Assembly: GCF_000002075.1 (NCBI RefSeq)
Contig: NW_004797304.1
Span: 913,328-977,327, forward strand
Direction of reading: 5' to 3'
Origin: Aplysia californica
Lineage: Eukaryota
DNA: 64,000 bases
Under the pieces are notes generated by a model. That model did no database searches, was not told the DNA's origin, and saw only the letters and a list, made by a program, of their open reading frames with translations. The position numbers were made by a program, and so were the translations under genes. Shown here piece after piece: positions 36,301-48,300 of this stretch. How positions within the stretch are numbered: the stretch's first letter is position 1; each line of letters starts with the position of its first letter.

Positions 36301-39300
36301 ATGTTATGAAATGCTCTTCCTTCATTTTTTGCGTCTCCAGTATACTGGTGCGTCTGGCAGAGGGTGAAGTGGTCAGCGATGCCGAGATTCAGAAGTCAGC
36401 GCTGAGGGTCATCTGTAACTGTGTGTGTGGACCTTTTGAAAGGGTAACCAACTGTCTTTGTAGATCTTGTGTCCCTTGGCTGTCGAGATTGAGTTAAATC
36501 TATAGAGTATTGATTTTTCTTTTGTTGAGTCAAGCTGTTGGTTCATCTGTGAAAAGAGAGATCTTGCACAGCCATCTGTTTGTCGTTGCGTGGTGAAGAC
36601 ATACGTTTAAATACTGAATGAGGAAATTATTTTACTGAGTTATCTATCTGCTGGAATGTTATATCCCTCTCAGCGCAGGTTAATCCTCACAGCCAGGGCT
36701 GAAGCAGCCTGCCTGTTACATGAACCAAACTCGGGGGAGGGGGGGGGGGGATATGGAGCATTTGAAATTATAGTAACTAGTCGATTTATGAGTGGAGACT
36801 TCAGGCCAACTTAATTTCCTCAAGTATAAAATGCAGCTGGATTTTGATTAATGGCAAATTATAATTTATTTTGTGTATATTCAAGTGTTTGGGCAAGTTG
36901 TTGAGGCTGCCACTGGTAGGTCCTACTTCTTTTCTTACTCTTTTTGTCTTGCTTTTTCTCTGCTCTTCATGACTGTGTGTCGATGTGTTTCTCTTTACTT
37001 GACCATCAGTTGATAGAATGGTATTTCCACCCTGCGTAATGTTTGCATAAAAGAAAAAGATATGTGCACTTGTTGTGAAAGGGTGCCACAGGTAGGTCCT
37101 ACTTCTTTCCTCTCTGTCTGGTTTTCTAAACTGTGGGTTTTGCTTTATCCTAACGCTAAAAGACTGCTATGTAGGGGTTGCTGTAAAAGAAAAAAATCCA
37201 TTTGAGCAATTTCTTCTTGGAACAGTTTGGGAATGGAGTTCTGAGGTACCACCCCAGCAGCAGTCGCAAGAAGAACAACAGTGGTGAGGAAGATCTCCTA
37301 TCGACCATGTGGAACAGCATCCGCACAAACAATGGCATTATGGTATGTGAGGTGCCGTTTGTTTTGCTCACAAATTGCATTTCTTTGTCTTGGTATGTTG
37401 TTTTACTTTTGATTCTGGCTTTGAAAGTGTCAGAGAAGTAACGAGCTTAGTAAAATATGCCTTAAAAAAAAAAGAATTGTGGTAAATGTATATTTTCAGT
37501 ACCCTTATCATTACCAGTGCGGCACCCATTTTTTCTAAGAAAATCACTCATTTAAACACTTTTCTTTTAAAATTATAGATTAATGAAACATTGTTGATCA
37601 TCCTCAGGAAATTTTATTCAGGAAAACTCAAGTGTGCAGATATTCATTATTAATGAGAAAATGCTTTGGATGGATGTACAGTAAAGTAGAAATCCTTATA
37701 GAATAAAACTACGGAAAGAATATACTGTTCAACATGTGCACTCCTACCTTTTGGCCCTTAACTCACAGTGTTGAAAGGGGTTTGGTGGGGGGGGGGGGGG
37801 AGTTGTACTGATGCAATATTTCTCTTTTTTTCCCCTTCTTACCCTTCCAGGTGGTGTTGAAACTGCTCAGCGTGAAAACACCCATCACAGATGCAGATGC
37901 TATTAGAACACTAGCCTGTAAGGTAAGTCCTCGCCACGCACCCCTCCCCACCTACTCTCATTTTCCCCCTTCTCTCTCTCTCACTNNNNNNNNNNNNNNN
38001 NNNNNNNNNNNNNNNNNNNNNNNNNNNNNNNNNNNNNNNNNNNNNNNNNNNNNNNNNNNNNNNNNNNNNNNNNNNNNNNNNNNNNNNNNNNNNNNNNNNN
38101 NNNNNNNNNNNNNNNNNNNNNNNNNNNNNNNNNNNNNNNNNNNNNNNNNNNNNNNNACACACATTTTTTCATTGGTGCGTATTTCTCTATTTTTGAGTGG
38201 TATGTTGCGCTGTTGTGTGATTAGTTCCTGCTATTTCTTCTCTGATTCTTTTATTGTACTCATCTATACTTGACAAAATGTAACTGTTCATCACCACAGA
38301 CTACCAACTTCCCAGCAGCAGGGACTGCCATATCTTACACCTTTAATGCTTCAGCTGTGACTGACATATGGGTCCCAGGAACATTTTTTTTTATGGGGGG
38401 TTACAGGCAAAATGATATAAAGTGTCAGAGTGAGTGTGTTAAGGGGATTTTCTTTCTTCATTCCTTTTGTTACTTACTCAGGCCTGAGAGTTTCGTAACT
38501 TGTTTTCAGGCTCTCGTTGGCATGTCAAGATCGGAAACCATTCGACAAATTATCGGCAAACTTCCCCCTCTCAACAATGGACAGCTGCAGAGTAAGTCCT
38601 GAGATTTTCATGCTTGATTCAGTGAGAAGATGAATACGTTATACAAAACTATGACATGACTGATATATTGTGTCGTTTATTTTATACTCTCTTGATTTTT
38701 CATCACAGATGTGTATATCTACCTTGCAAAGTTTAATTTATTGCAAAAACATGTATATTACAAATGTGCTGGACAAATTTCTTTTCTTTTTTTTTTTTAA
38801 AGACAGGTTATTATTTGAGTAGTGGTAGCACTTATGAATTACTGGTTCTGTTTAATAATGTAATTTACAATTTGAAACCTTGACCCTGTTTTATTAAAAA
38901 TACCCTATACATTGTTCAAACCATGCTGCTGTTGTGTTACATCACAGATAAAAACAGCTTACTTGATTGTTATAATACTTTGAGATGTAAGATTCTCTTA
39001 TCAAGAAACTTTGTGAGATATAAGGTTCTCTGAATATGTTTTATGTCATATTACTTTTGTCAAGAATGCTTCATTGTCTTTTTTACGTCTTTCTCGCGAC
39101 TGCTGCTGTTGCTGTTCAGGTTTGATGAAAGAGCCGGTGCTGTCAGACTACCGTCAGATTCACATTCAGTTTTGCAAGTATGCTTCAACCCTGCTGGAGA
39201 AGATTGCGGGCAGACAGGCCAACATCCTGGGTGCTGCCACATTGGAGGAAATTAGAAAAGTGAGTATTCAATGGGTTCTTTTTTCTTATACAGTCAAACC

Positions 39301-42300
39301 TGCACTAATGGCCTCCTGTCCAAGACAATCACCTATACTAATGACCACTCCTGTTGTGGTTTTTTTATATGTATTATGATGACGCTGTCCAAGACATTCA
39401 CCTGTCAAACACAGTTTTCTCCTTGACAATGATGGGTCACAGCTTCGAATGTTCTTCACTTCTCACCAAATCAGTTTACATAAGGGATGGATAGGCAAAT
39501 ATTGGGAATTAAAATTAGTACAGAGTGGTCATTACATTAACCCTCATCCTGCGGGAGCCGGGTTTATGTAGCCCGATAAGCCTATTTCGGCACCTCGCCT
39601 GCGTTCTGGTCCCGAATCAGTGTAGCCCCTGGCTCAGCGCACGCGCAGCGCGCATCCTCTTACGTGTCATTCGGGTCCCGAGTTGGATCCCCATTCACGC
39701 AGGTCAAGTGTGTGTGCGTCAGTCTGCTTGAGTTTGTGTGCGTTTGTGGCCTTCTTCTAGAACCACCTGCGTTGGTTCGTAATCGAGGCATACGTCTCAT
39801 TCAAAACATGCCAAGTTGATAGCTCTAGATGTTCGTCCAATGAAATTATAGAAGAAATTGACCCACTTAGACATGAGGAGCTCGAAAGGATAGTCAGGAA
39901 ACAAGACTTCCATTTTTCTATACAAAATATTTCAAATGAGCTTGATTTTGTATGAAATGATACTACCTGATAAAAGATGAGCTTGTTTAATAGTTTCGAA
40001 TACCCTTGTGCAGGTACAAAGAACAATTTGAGTGTAAAACATTCGGAAATTGACCTAAATTATCCCTTTTCGAACCTCAGATCATTCATAACAACAAGAG
40101 CGTCCAGAAAATTTATTCAAATGGGCGTAACTACTCGTAATGTCTTATCAGCTTGTGAGAGGGGGTTATTCATGTGTTTGTAACACTTTATAAATAGAAT
40201 GCTATGAAGGATAGAGCGTTATTTTCATCATCAGTTAACACACTCCCGCAGTATTCATGGCGAAAACACACGTTTCCTGGCAGGCGCGCTGTACACCAAC
40301 AGTACACACTGAGTGACCCCGGCGGCCTGCCCGGCGAGTCCGACGTAATCGGTTGCTGATAAGATACGCATCTGGGCACAGACGCAGGATAAGAGTTAAG
40401 ATGAAATTGTGTGTATGTAATTACCCCTTCACTGCCGGCTATTAGCTACATAGCTGTGCCGGGGAAAATTGCTCCAATTTACTACAAGCATCACATAGAA
40501 CCCCAACTCCGAAACTCAATTGAAATCATTATCATCACTGTTACAGTCATTCATAATTTCATCTTGAACTTCTGCAGCTAAAAAGGAAGGTTGATAGACT
40601 GGTCTTTTGGATGCCATTGCGAAAAGCAAAAAAAACCCCCAAAAACGTAAACACAACTCAGAACGTCAACACTTCACTTCTTCAAAACAATGAAAATGAC
40701 GCTCAGATTCATGGGAGACTACTGTAATATTAATGAGGATTCGTTGTGACACAGTTTGTCCCTTTTAACAGTGGAAATTTATACTAAAAATGACTTCATC
40801 ATATGGCACAGGGGAGCACTTCTTGGCCCGCTGAATCAGCGGGTCGGGGCAGTGAAGGGGTTAAAGGATGGCAGGTGTTGACTGGAGTTTGAATGTAAGT
40901 CATAGGCTATTGAGCTTAATGATCCATTTTGTTGGTATTTTTTTGCTGTGATTCAGTCTTAAGTTGGGCTCTTGTATGGGTGGCTTCTATGTTTTGTACT
41001 ACTATGTGTTTTTAANNNNNNNNNNNNNNNNNNNNNNNNNNNNNNNNNNNNNNNNNNNNNNNNNNNNNNNNNNNNNNNNNNNNNNNNNNNNNNNNNNNNN
41101 NNNNNNNNNNNNNNNNNNNNNNNNNNNNNNNNNNNNNNNNNNNNNNNNNNNNNNNNNNNNNNNNNNNNNNNNNNNNNNNNNNNNNNNNNNNNNNNNNNNN
41201 NNNNNNATTTCTTTCCCCTGTCAAACTGTTTCTTCATCATAACTCAGACGACTTTTTTTCACAGAAAGATTGTTTTTAAAGAACAGGAAATTTTTGAAAT
41301 TTCAGACAGATTTTGCCCGTTGTCATATTGTTTTTCTCCCCCCCCCCAGGCCAGTGTTGTTGCCCAGACAAAAATTGTGTTCCAGGACAAAGAACTTTTG
41401 CAGCTCATTCATGAACATCTAATTTCCAAAGGTACTTTTTCACATTAAGAATGAAACAAAAACTTTCTGTGTATTTTTTGTTTTTCTTTCCCTTTGTTAT
41501 TTCAGTCTGTTTGCCTTGCTTTTTGACTTACGCTAAAGGAGTTATTATAATAATGTAATCTACTGACTTTTGTTCGTCTTCTCTGTTTTGTTCCAGAACT
41601 GTGCGGCCGTTATTTTGATGATTTGTGATTTTTATTTCAAGCTGATCTAGTGAAGTTCTTTTGTCATGATGACCATGGCAGTAGTCACTGCTACACATCT
41701 TCAGTCTTCTATTTAAAAAAAAACTCATTTTGCCCAATATTTATATTATATTTTCTTACTTTCTCATCATTTAGGAAAAGTATACTATGTAAATATGTAA
41801 TCAGGTTTCACGCTTTAGCTAATCAAGCATTCGCACTGAAGACACCTTTTTTACACTTTGCTGAATAATGATAACATATTTTCTTCCTTTATTTAATTCT
41901 TTTAACCAGTGTGTGATTTAATGGAAGTTACATGGTGAAATAAACATTGGAGGACATTAGAACCACACTTTTTCCACATCATACTTTAACAGGGTTGTAT
42001 GAGGCAGCGACAGCTCTGCAGAAAGAAGCCAGCCTCCCAAAGTGTGCCACACCCCCACCCCACCCTCCAAGTGCCTCCTCACACATATACTCCCCAACCA
42101 CCCCTAAAATGGTGAGTATTGTTTTTGTCTCTTTGCAGGTTTGTTCATTTTTAAAAAAGTTTGTAGGGGGCTCTCGTGGTCTAGGGGTTACGGTGTTTGC
42201 CTCTCATTCAATAGGCCTTGGGTTCGAATCCAGATAATGACGGGAAAATTTTGTTCTCTAAAATGTTCTCTTTTCACATCCTTTCCTGTCCTCTAACAAT

Positions 42301-45300
42301 GTTCTTTCATCTCCACTTTCTGCTCCTACCCCCTCACCTCCTTTGCCCTCTGCTCTGGGCTCCTGGCTCTTTCTGCAGCCTTTCTATTGCTACTCCTTGG
42401 CTCCTTACTGCTGTCTTTCAGCCTCACCCCTGACCTTATGGTGGGTAAGACTACACCTAGCCTTCTCAGATAGGGTGAGAAATCTGGGGGGTCCCGCTTG
42501 CAAGTTGCACACGTTAAAGATTCTTCAGTGGTCCAAAATCAATAGGAGTAGGCTTCGGCCGCCACCCTGACAAACTTAAAAATTCCCTACCTACTGACAA
42601 TGTATAATGTATTCATATGACCTTATGCAGTTGCGAGCACCGTAAAACACTTACCAAAAAGAATAAAAAAATTCTCCCTACTGTGTGTGTTCACAAGAAT
42701 GAATAAAACAGAATAGAAGAAGAATAAATTGATGTCCTCCGTGTTCTCTGTACATATCCCACAAGATGCTGAAAATCCTTCTGCAAGTTGTTCAGAGGTG
42801 CAACTTGTAGTTCCCTCTTTTATTTCGGTCATGTCCATCTTTCTTTTTCCATACTCCAAATGGGTGATATTGTGTGGATGTGCACCTCATTTTTCAAACA
42901 TTTTCGATTTTACTGAAATTAGTAAAAGCATGCAGTCAGTTTCTTTCAAAGGAGGATTGTTCGAGTTTTTAAAAACTCTCCTTACCTTAGGGTCGTCAGT
43001 TGAGCCAGCCAGCAGCAACTAATGGGGCCATGCCTAGTCAGAGCAGCAGAGAGATCTTCCCTTCCACTCCTGGTTCCAGCAGCCAGAGTCCCTGCTCAAA
43101 CTCAACCATCACAGCAGCAACAGCAGCAGCAGCAGTCACGCCAACGACTTCATCAACGCCATCATCTTCTTCAGACAGAGGTGAGTTTGAGCAAAGGAGA
43201 AATTTATAGTTTGAACAACACATACTGTTGAAAATAATTATTCTCTGTACAGTTATTGATAATAATAATAAATGATTAGCATTCTGTAGTGCGAATTCTT
43301 GCTCAACAGCCAGGTCTATGTACTTTCCATCAATATTATTACCCCACCAGACCTGATAGCATTCTGAAACAATCTCAACTTTCTGGGAAGCACACAGTGC
43401 AAGCTGCCATTTTATAGGCATTAAAACACTAAAACTAAAACACACTGACAAGATTATTTGTAAGACGCTTGATTTCACTTTGAGGGAATCTGAGGTCAGG
43501 TCTTCCACTGAATTTGAGTTAATCAGAGAACTCATGTTTGTCTCCATTGTCTTATTGGATACAGAGACTAATTTTAAAACTATTGAGAGCAAAAATGTTC
43601 CTCTCCGATTCCCATCATGTTTAGGGGTTGTTTTTTTTTGTTTTTGTGAGTTTTTCTTATTCTTTGAATGAAAAAGGTTTTTAAAAAAAATCTTCTTTCC
43701 AACTTAAAAAAACATTTCACTTGTACCATTTAAAAACAATTATTTGACAATGAAGAAAACCCAAATCGCTTTAGCTATGATGTCATATTTTCAGTATTTT
43801 TCTTCCCTGTATGTTTGAGGCTTTAGATACTACTAGTTTGTGATTTCCTTGCATGTCTGAAATTTTAAATATAACAACAGTCAAAGCTGATCTAATGGCC
43901 ACCTTCCCAAGACAGTTATCTGTACAAATGACCACTTCCCTCTTCTCCCTTGTCGGGTTTAAAAAAAAAAAAATTTTTTAAACCTTATAATGAAACTGTT
44001 CAAGCTGTTCACTTGTCTGAGACACCCACTTTTCTCCTTGACAATGGATGGGCCTTTGTGGACAATTTTGACTGCATTTATGATTCCCTTTCATAAAAGT
44101 AATTTGTCACTTTGTCACTTCCCTGCATGTCTGAGGCTTTAAATAATAATATAAGTAATTTGTCACTTCCCTGCATATTTGAAACTTAAAATATAAGTAT
44201 TTTGTCACTTCTGTGCATGTCTGAGGCTTAAAATATAAGTAATTTGTGGCTTCCCTGCTTGTTGTGCCCTCAGGTTTTGCGCCCATACCTGGTCCATCTC
44301 AGGTCAAGACTCCGGCCTGCCCCAGTAGCAGCAGTGTGGGCACGCCCGGTCACATCAAGTTCACCCTGAACAAAACCCCCAACAACACACATCAGCCAGC
44401 TGCTCTCCCGCCCAAGGTGAGGAGGCTTCTTTATTCTCAGTTATGTTGTAGTCACCTCTCTTCCGTAGCAAAATGCGAAATCTGTTTATCAAGTATTAGA
44501 ATGACCAGTGATTTGTTGGAAAAAGTGGGCAAAAATCTCAGGCTGCTGACCGAAGATTGTACTTTTGTCCAGTTTGCTTATTTGGCAATACACGTTGCTA
44601 TTTGTCAGTGCACACCGACAAATAAAAAGTTACCTTTTCCATTTTTTATTTGCAGGGTCTTTTCCCCCTTTGTCTAGTCCTCAGATAAATGTATAAATTT
44701 CATTAATGAAATTTTTGGGTAGCTGTATGAAAATGATGCATACTTGATCATCATTTATTGTTTCTAGGCAAATGAATAAACTACATTGTAGAGGTTGAAA
44801 TCCAAAATCCCTCATTGCTGCGTTTTTAACTACAAAGATCATATGTGTAGCATTTTCTGAATCTTTTTGAGTGTGCAGGTTATCAGACTTTCAATTTTCA
44901 AAAAATATCTTTAAAAGTTTGTTTTTGGTGAATATTTTAAGACAACTCCACAGAACATAAACCTGAAAATGATGACAGCAAAATAAATTTCAAAGTCTAC
45001 TTAACCGCTTCACTGCTGCTCGGCTTGCGGTGTGCATCCATAAATCGGGCCGTCCTATACGCTGTAGATGTGCAGTGTACGCCTGGCAATATCACTGTTT
45101 TGTTTCGTTTCCTACTCAGCCGGTAATTGCAATTTAGTATCAAGAGTGGGCTCCCCTGAAAGCTCTTTTCTTTCTGAGTTAGAGAAGCTTTAGTTTGCCC
45201 CAGTTAGACCAACAATGACCGAAGTAGCGTGAATTAGAGCGTCACTCCCTCTTCACAATTCTAGTGTCTCACTCTAGCTCCGAGCTATGGCTGATCACTC

Positions 45301-48300
45301 GTGATGTACGCTCTCAACGTATTAAGCTATCGACGAAATTTTTGCTAACGATGATAGCGGTTCATTCATTTCCCTTTAAAATGATATAGACATTGTTATG
45401 CATTTGATGCATTACCACAGAGTAAATAGCACTTTAAAAGGATCACCCGTTTGAGTGCTATTCCTGGAAACAAGGTCAGCATAGGGCAGGGAATATAGGT
45501 CAGCAGTGAAGGGGTTAAGACACAAAAACTAATAAATAAAAATAATCCAAATTATCACATTCAAAGACATTATTTTGGGGAATATTTTAAAAAATTGAAA
45601 TGATGTTGGAAATAGATTTGCACCCTTTTCTCTCTTTTTTTTAGATCCATGTTTGGAAATTCATTGTTTATTTTTTTTTTTTGCCCATGCATGTAGCTCT
45701 CTTTTGGTTTTCCCAGATCACCACATATATACATATACTTTTTTCCCTCTCTCCTTGCTCAATTTTTTAAAAACGGTTTACTTTTATATAAGTCACTGTT
45801 ACTTTATGATGGCAGCAAGAATCAGAATTAATGTAATTTTTGTGACCTTGGCTCACTCTTGTTACAGTCCACAAAGAGGCGGTTCCTAAAGGACCGGGAA
45901 GGCTACGTGCCCGCCGGCGGTCTGTCACGGACCAAAACCAGTGAGTACGACATCTCGCTGGACAAGATTGTGACCGAGTATTTGCGGAAGCAGCACGCCC
46001 TCTGTCCACAGCCCATCTCCACGTGTCCCACCATGTCGCTGTTTGTGTAAGTACTTTGTTTAGTTGTAGTAAGGTTTTACAGTGCGCGCAACTGCATAGG
46101 GTCATATGTACGAGCACCAAGGGGTGGATGTCAACAGAGAAGTCCAAACGGGGAATCAGGCTTACTCTGCTCACCTCTCTAGCCTCAACAGCACAAAGTC
46201 TGCTTCGACTATCAAGGCACCCCGGAAATGGCAGTACACAAGACAGTGACAAGCATACAAGAAAAGGAAAGGAAAAAATGATGATAGTAAGGATGAGGAA
46301 AGAAAAAGCAGCAGTTCCTCCTATTTTGTTCCGGCACAGTATGAGCTTGACACAACCTAATTACAATTCTGCTGTGCATAAAAACATGTTAATATCCCCC
46401 TTTTGGGAATGGCCTAAAGACAACTTCATTCAGTAGCACTGCCCTAGTGGGGTATGTTAGTATTCACACGATTATTTCTGTAGTAAAAGTAAAGTATTAT
46501 ATAGCCCCCCACCATATCTTTGTGCAGCACAAGGATTGCAGCACATCGTTTCCTGTTTCTGTGAGGCATAGCTACAAGCCCATTGTGACCCCTTCTGTGA
46601 CTGCGGATGTTGCACACATAGAGCATCATATGCATTACTTTTCCCAATTGTTTGACTCTCTCTTTTCAAAAATGTTATATCCTTTTCTGCAAGCAGGGTG
46701 GTTATAGAGCACCTACTGATGATCCCACTTCTTTTCTTGTTCTCTATTGCCTTTGTCTGTCTATCTTGCTTTTTTTCTCTCCATGTCATTGTTTGCAAAA
46801 GTGTACATAAGATAATTTGTTTTGTCGAGGTTTTTCTTTATCCCATGTCATGCTCAAGTGGGTTGTTGGAGGAGGGCACCTGTGATGGGTACTTTTTCTT
46901 TTCTTTCTATCTTTTGTTGCTGTCTTAACTCTTACTGTTTTACTTACATTAAATGGTTCGTAATGTGTCGGTATGCTTTTTTAAACTCTCAAACTAAGCT
47001 GACACTCAGCAGAGCTAATTTATAATTGAGAATTACGTGATTGTTCACCAAAACGTGATTTGCTAAAATAATAATAATAATAATAATAATAATAGATAGC
47101 ATTTTTATAGCGCATATCCCCACTCAACAGCAGGCTCTATGTGCTTTACACTATATTATTACCCCAGCAGACCATAGAACACTCCGAAACATTCTCAGCT
47201 TCCCGGGAAGCATACAGTGCAAGCAGCCGATTAAGCGCTCAAACACTAACAAACTGACAAGATCTTTCGCTGTCTATAGCCGGGTACCCATTCCCACCTG
47301 GGTGAAGTGAGGAAAATTTGTGTAAAGTGCCTTTCCCAAGGACACAACGTCGGGTCCCTGACGGGATTCGAACCCACGACGTTACGGTTGCGAGTCCGAG
47401 AGCCTAAAATGAAGTTAAACACATCAGATTTTGAAAATGATGTCTAGAATTTTGCTGTAAAGCTATTTTCATGTTCTTCTTTCTTTGATTTGCACTTTTT
47501 GTAGGCATAAATGAAAATGGCATATGATTTGTTTGTTTGATTGATATCTTTTTTCTTTTACTTACCTTTTATGTACTTTTGTTATCTGTTATGTTTTTTA
47601 TTTCTCTTCTACTATGTCATTTTACTTTCAGTGGCTTTGTTCTGTAAATAGGAAGCTAATTTATTTCATGACTCCCTCTCTCTTATCTCTTTCTCTCTGT
47701 GTGCTCCTTTAAAAAAAACAATCAAATATCTATTATCCTTATATCTCTTCTTTTTTTCTTAGTATGTTACTCTCAAGTCATACCTCTAATCTTCAGCACT
47801 TATATAACCTCTTTGTGTCACAAGTGCCGCAAAACTCTTTCTAAATTTTAAAACTAAAACTTTCTCTCCGCAGCCCACACAGATGTCCCGAACCTTTGGG
47901 CAAGACAAGTGCACCGTACTCAGTCTGTACTAGAATGTTTGAGAGACAGGTACATTACTAAAGTGTTTTTCTTCTTTTTAAAAAAAAATATAGAAGGCAT
48001 TTAAATTCATCCCATAGACATCAATCACTTTGTGGGATTGTTTGCATCGGGGGGACTTTCGGCAATGATTATATTTGAGAAACACGGCAGTAGCCCTTGT
48101 GTCTTACACACCTGATTTTATTTTTCCTATGTTTTAATTTTGTGATAGTGTCGGGAAGTGTACAGGTTTTTCAGTAGAAACTGACAGATGCTGACAGAAG
48201 ATATTTTAAAAAATTCATTGTCTTTGAATGCCAAGCCAGAAGTATTTCATGTTCTGGTCAATGTAGTGTGTGGTTACATATGAAAGAAAGGCTCGTTGAC

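Noticed and set aside
43038-43592. 184-aa minus-strand ORF
   Set aside because: Antisense to a low-complexity exon plus intron; no domain features
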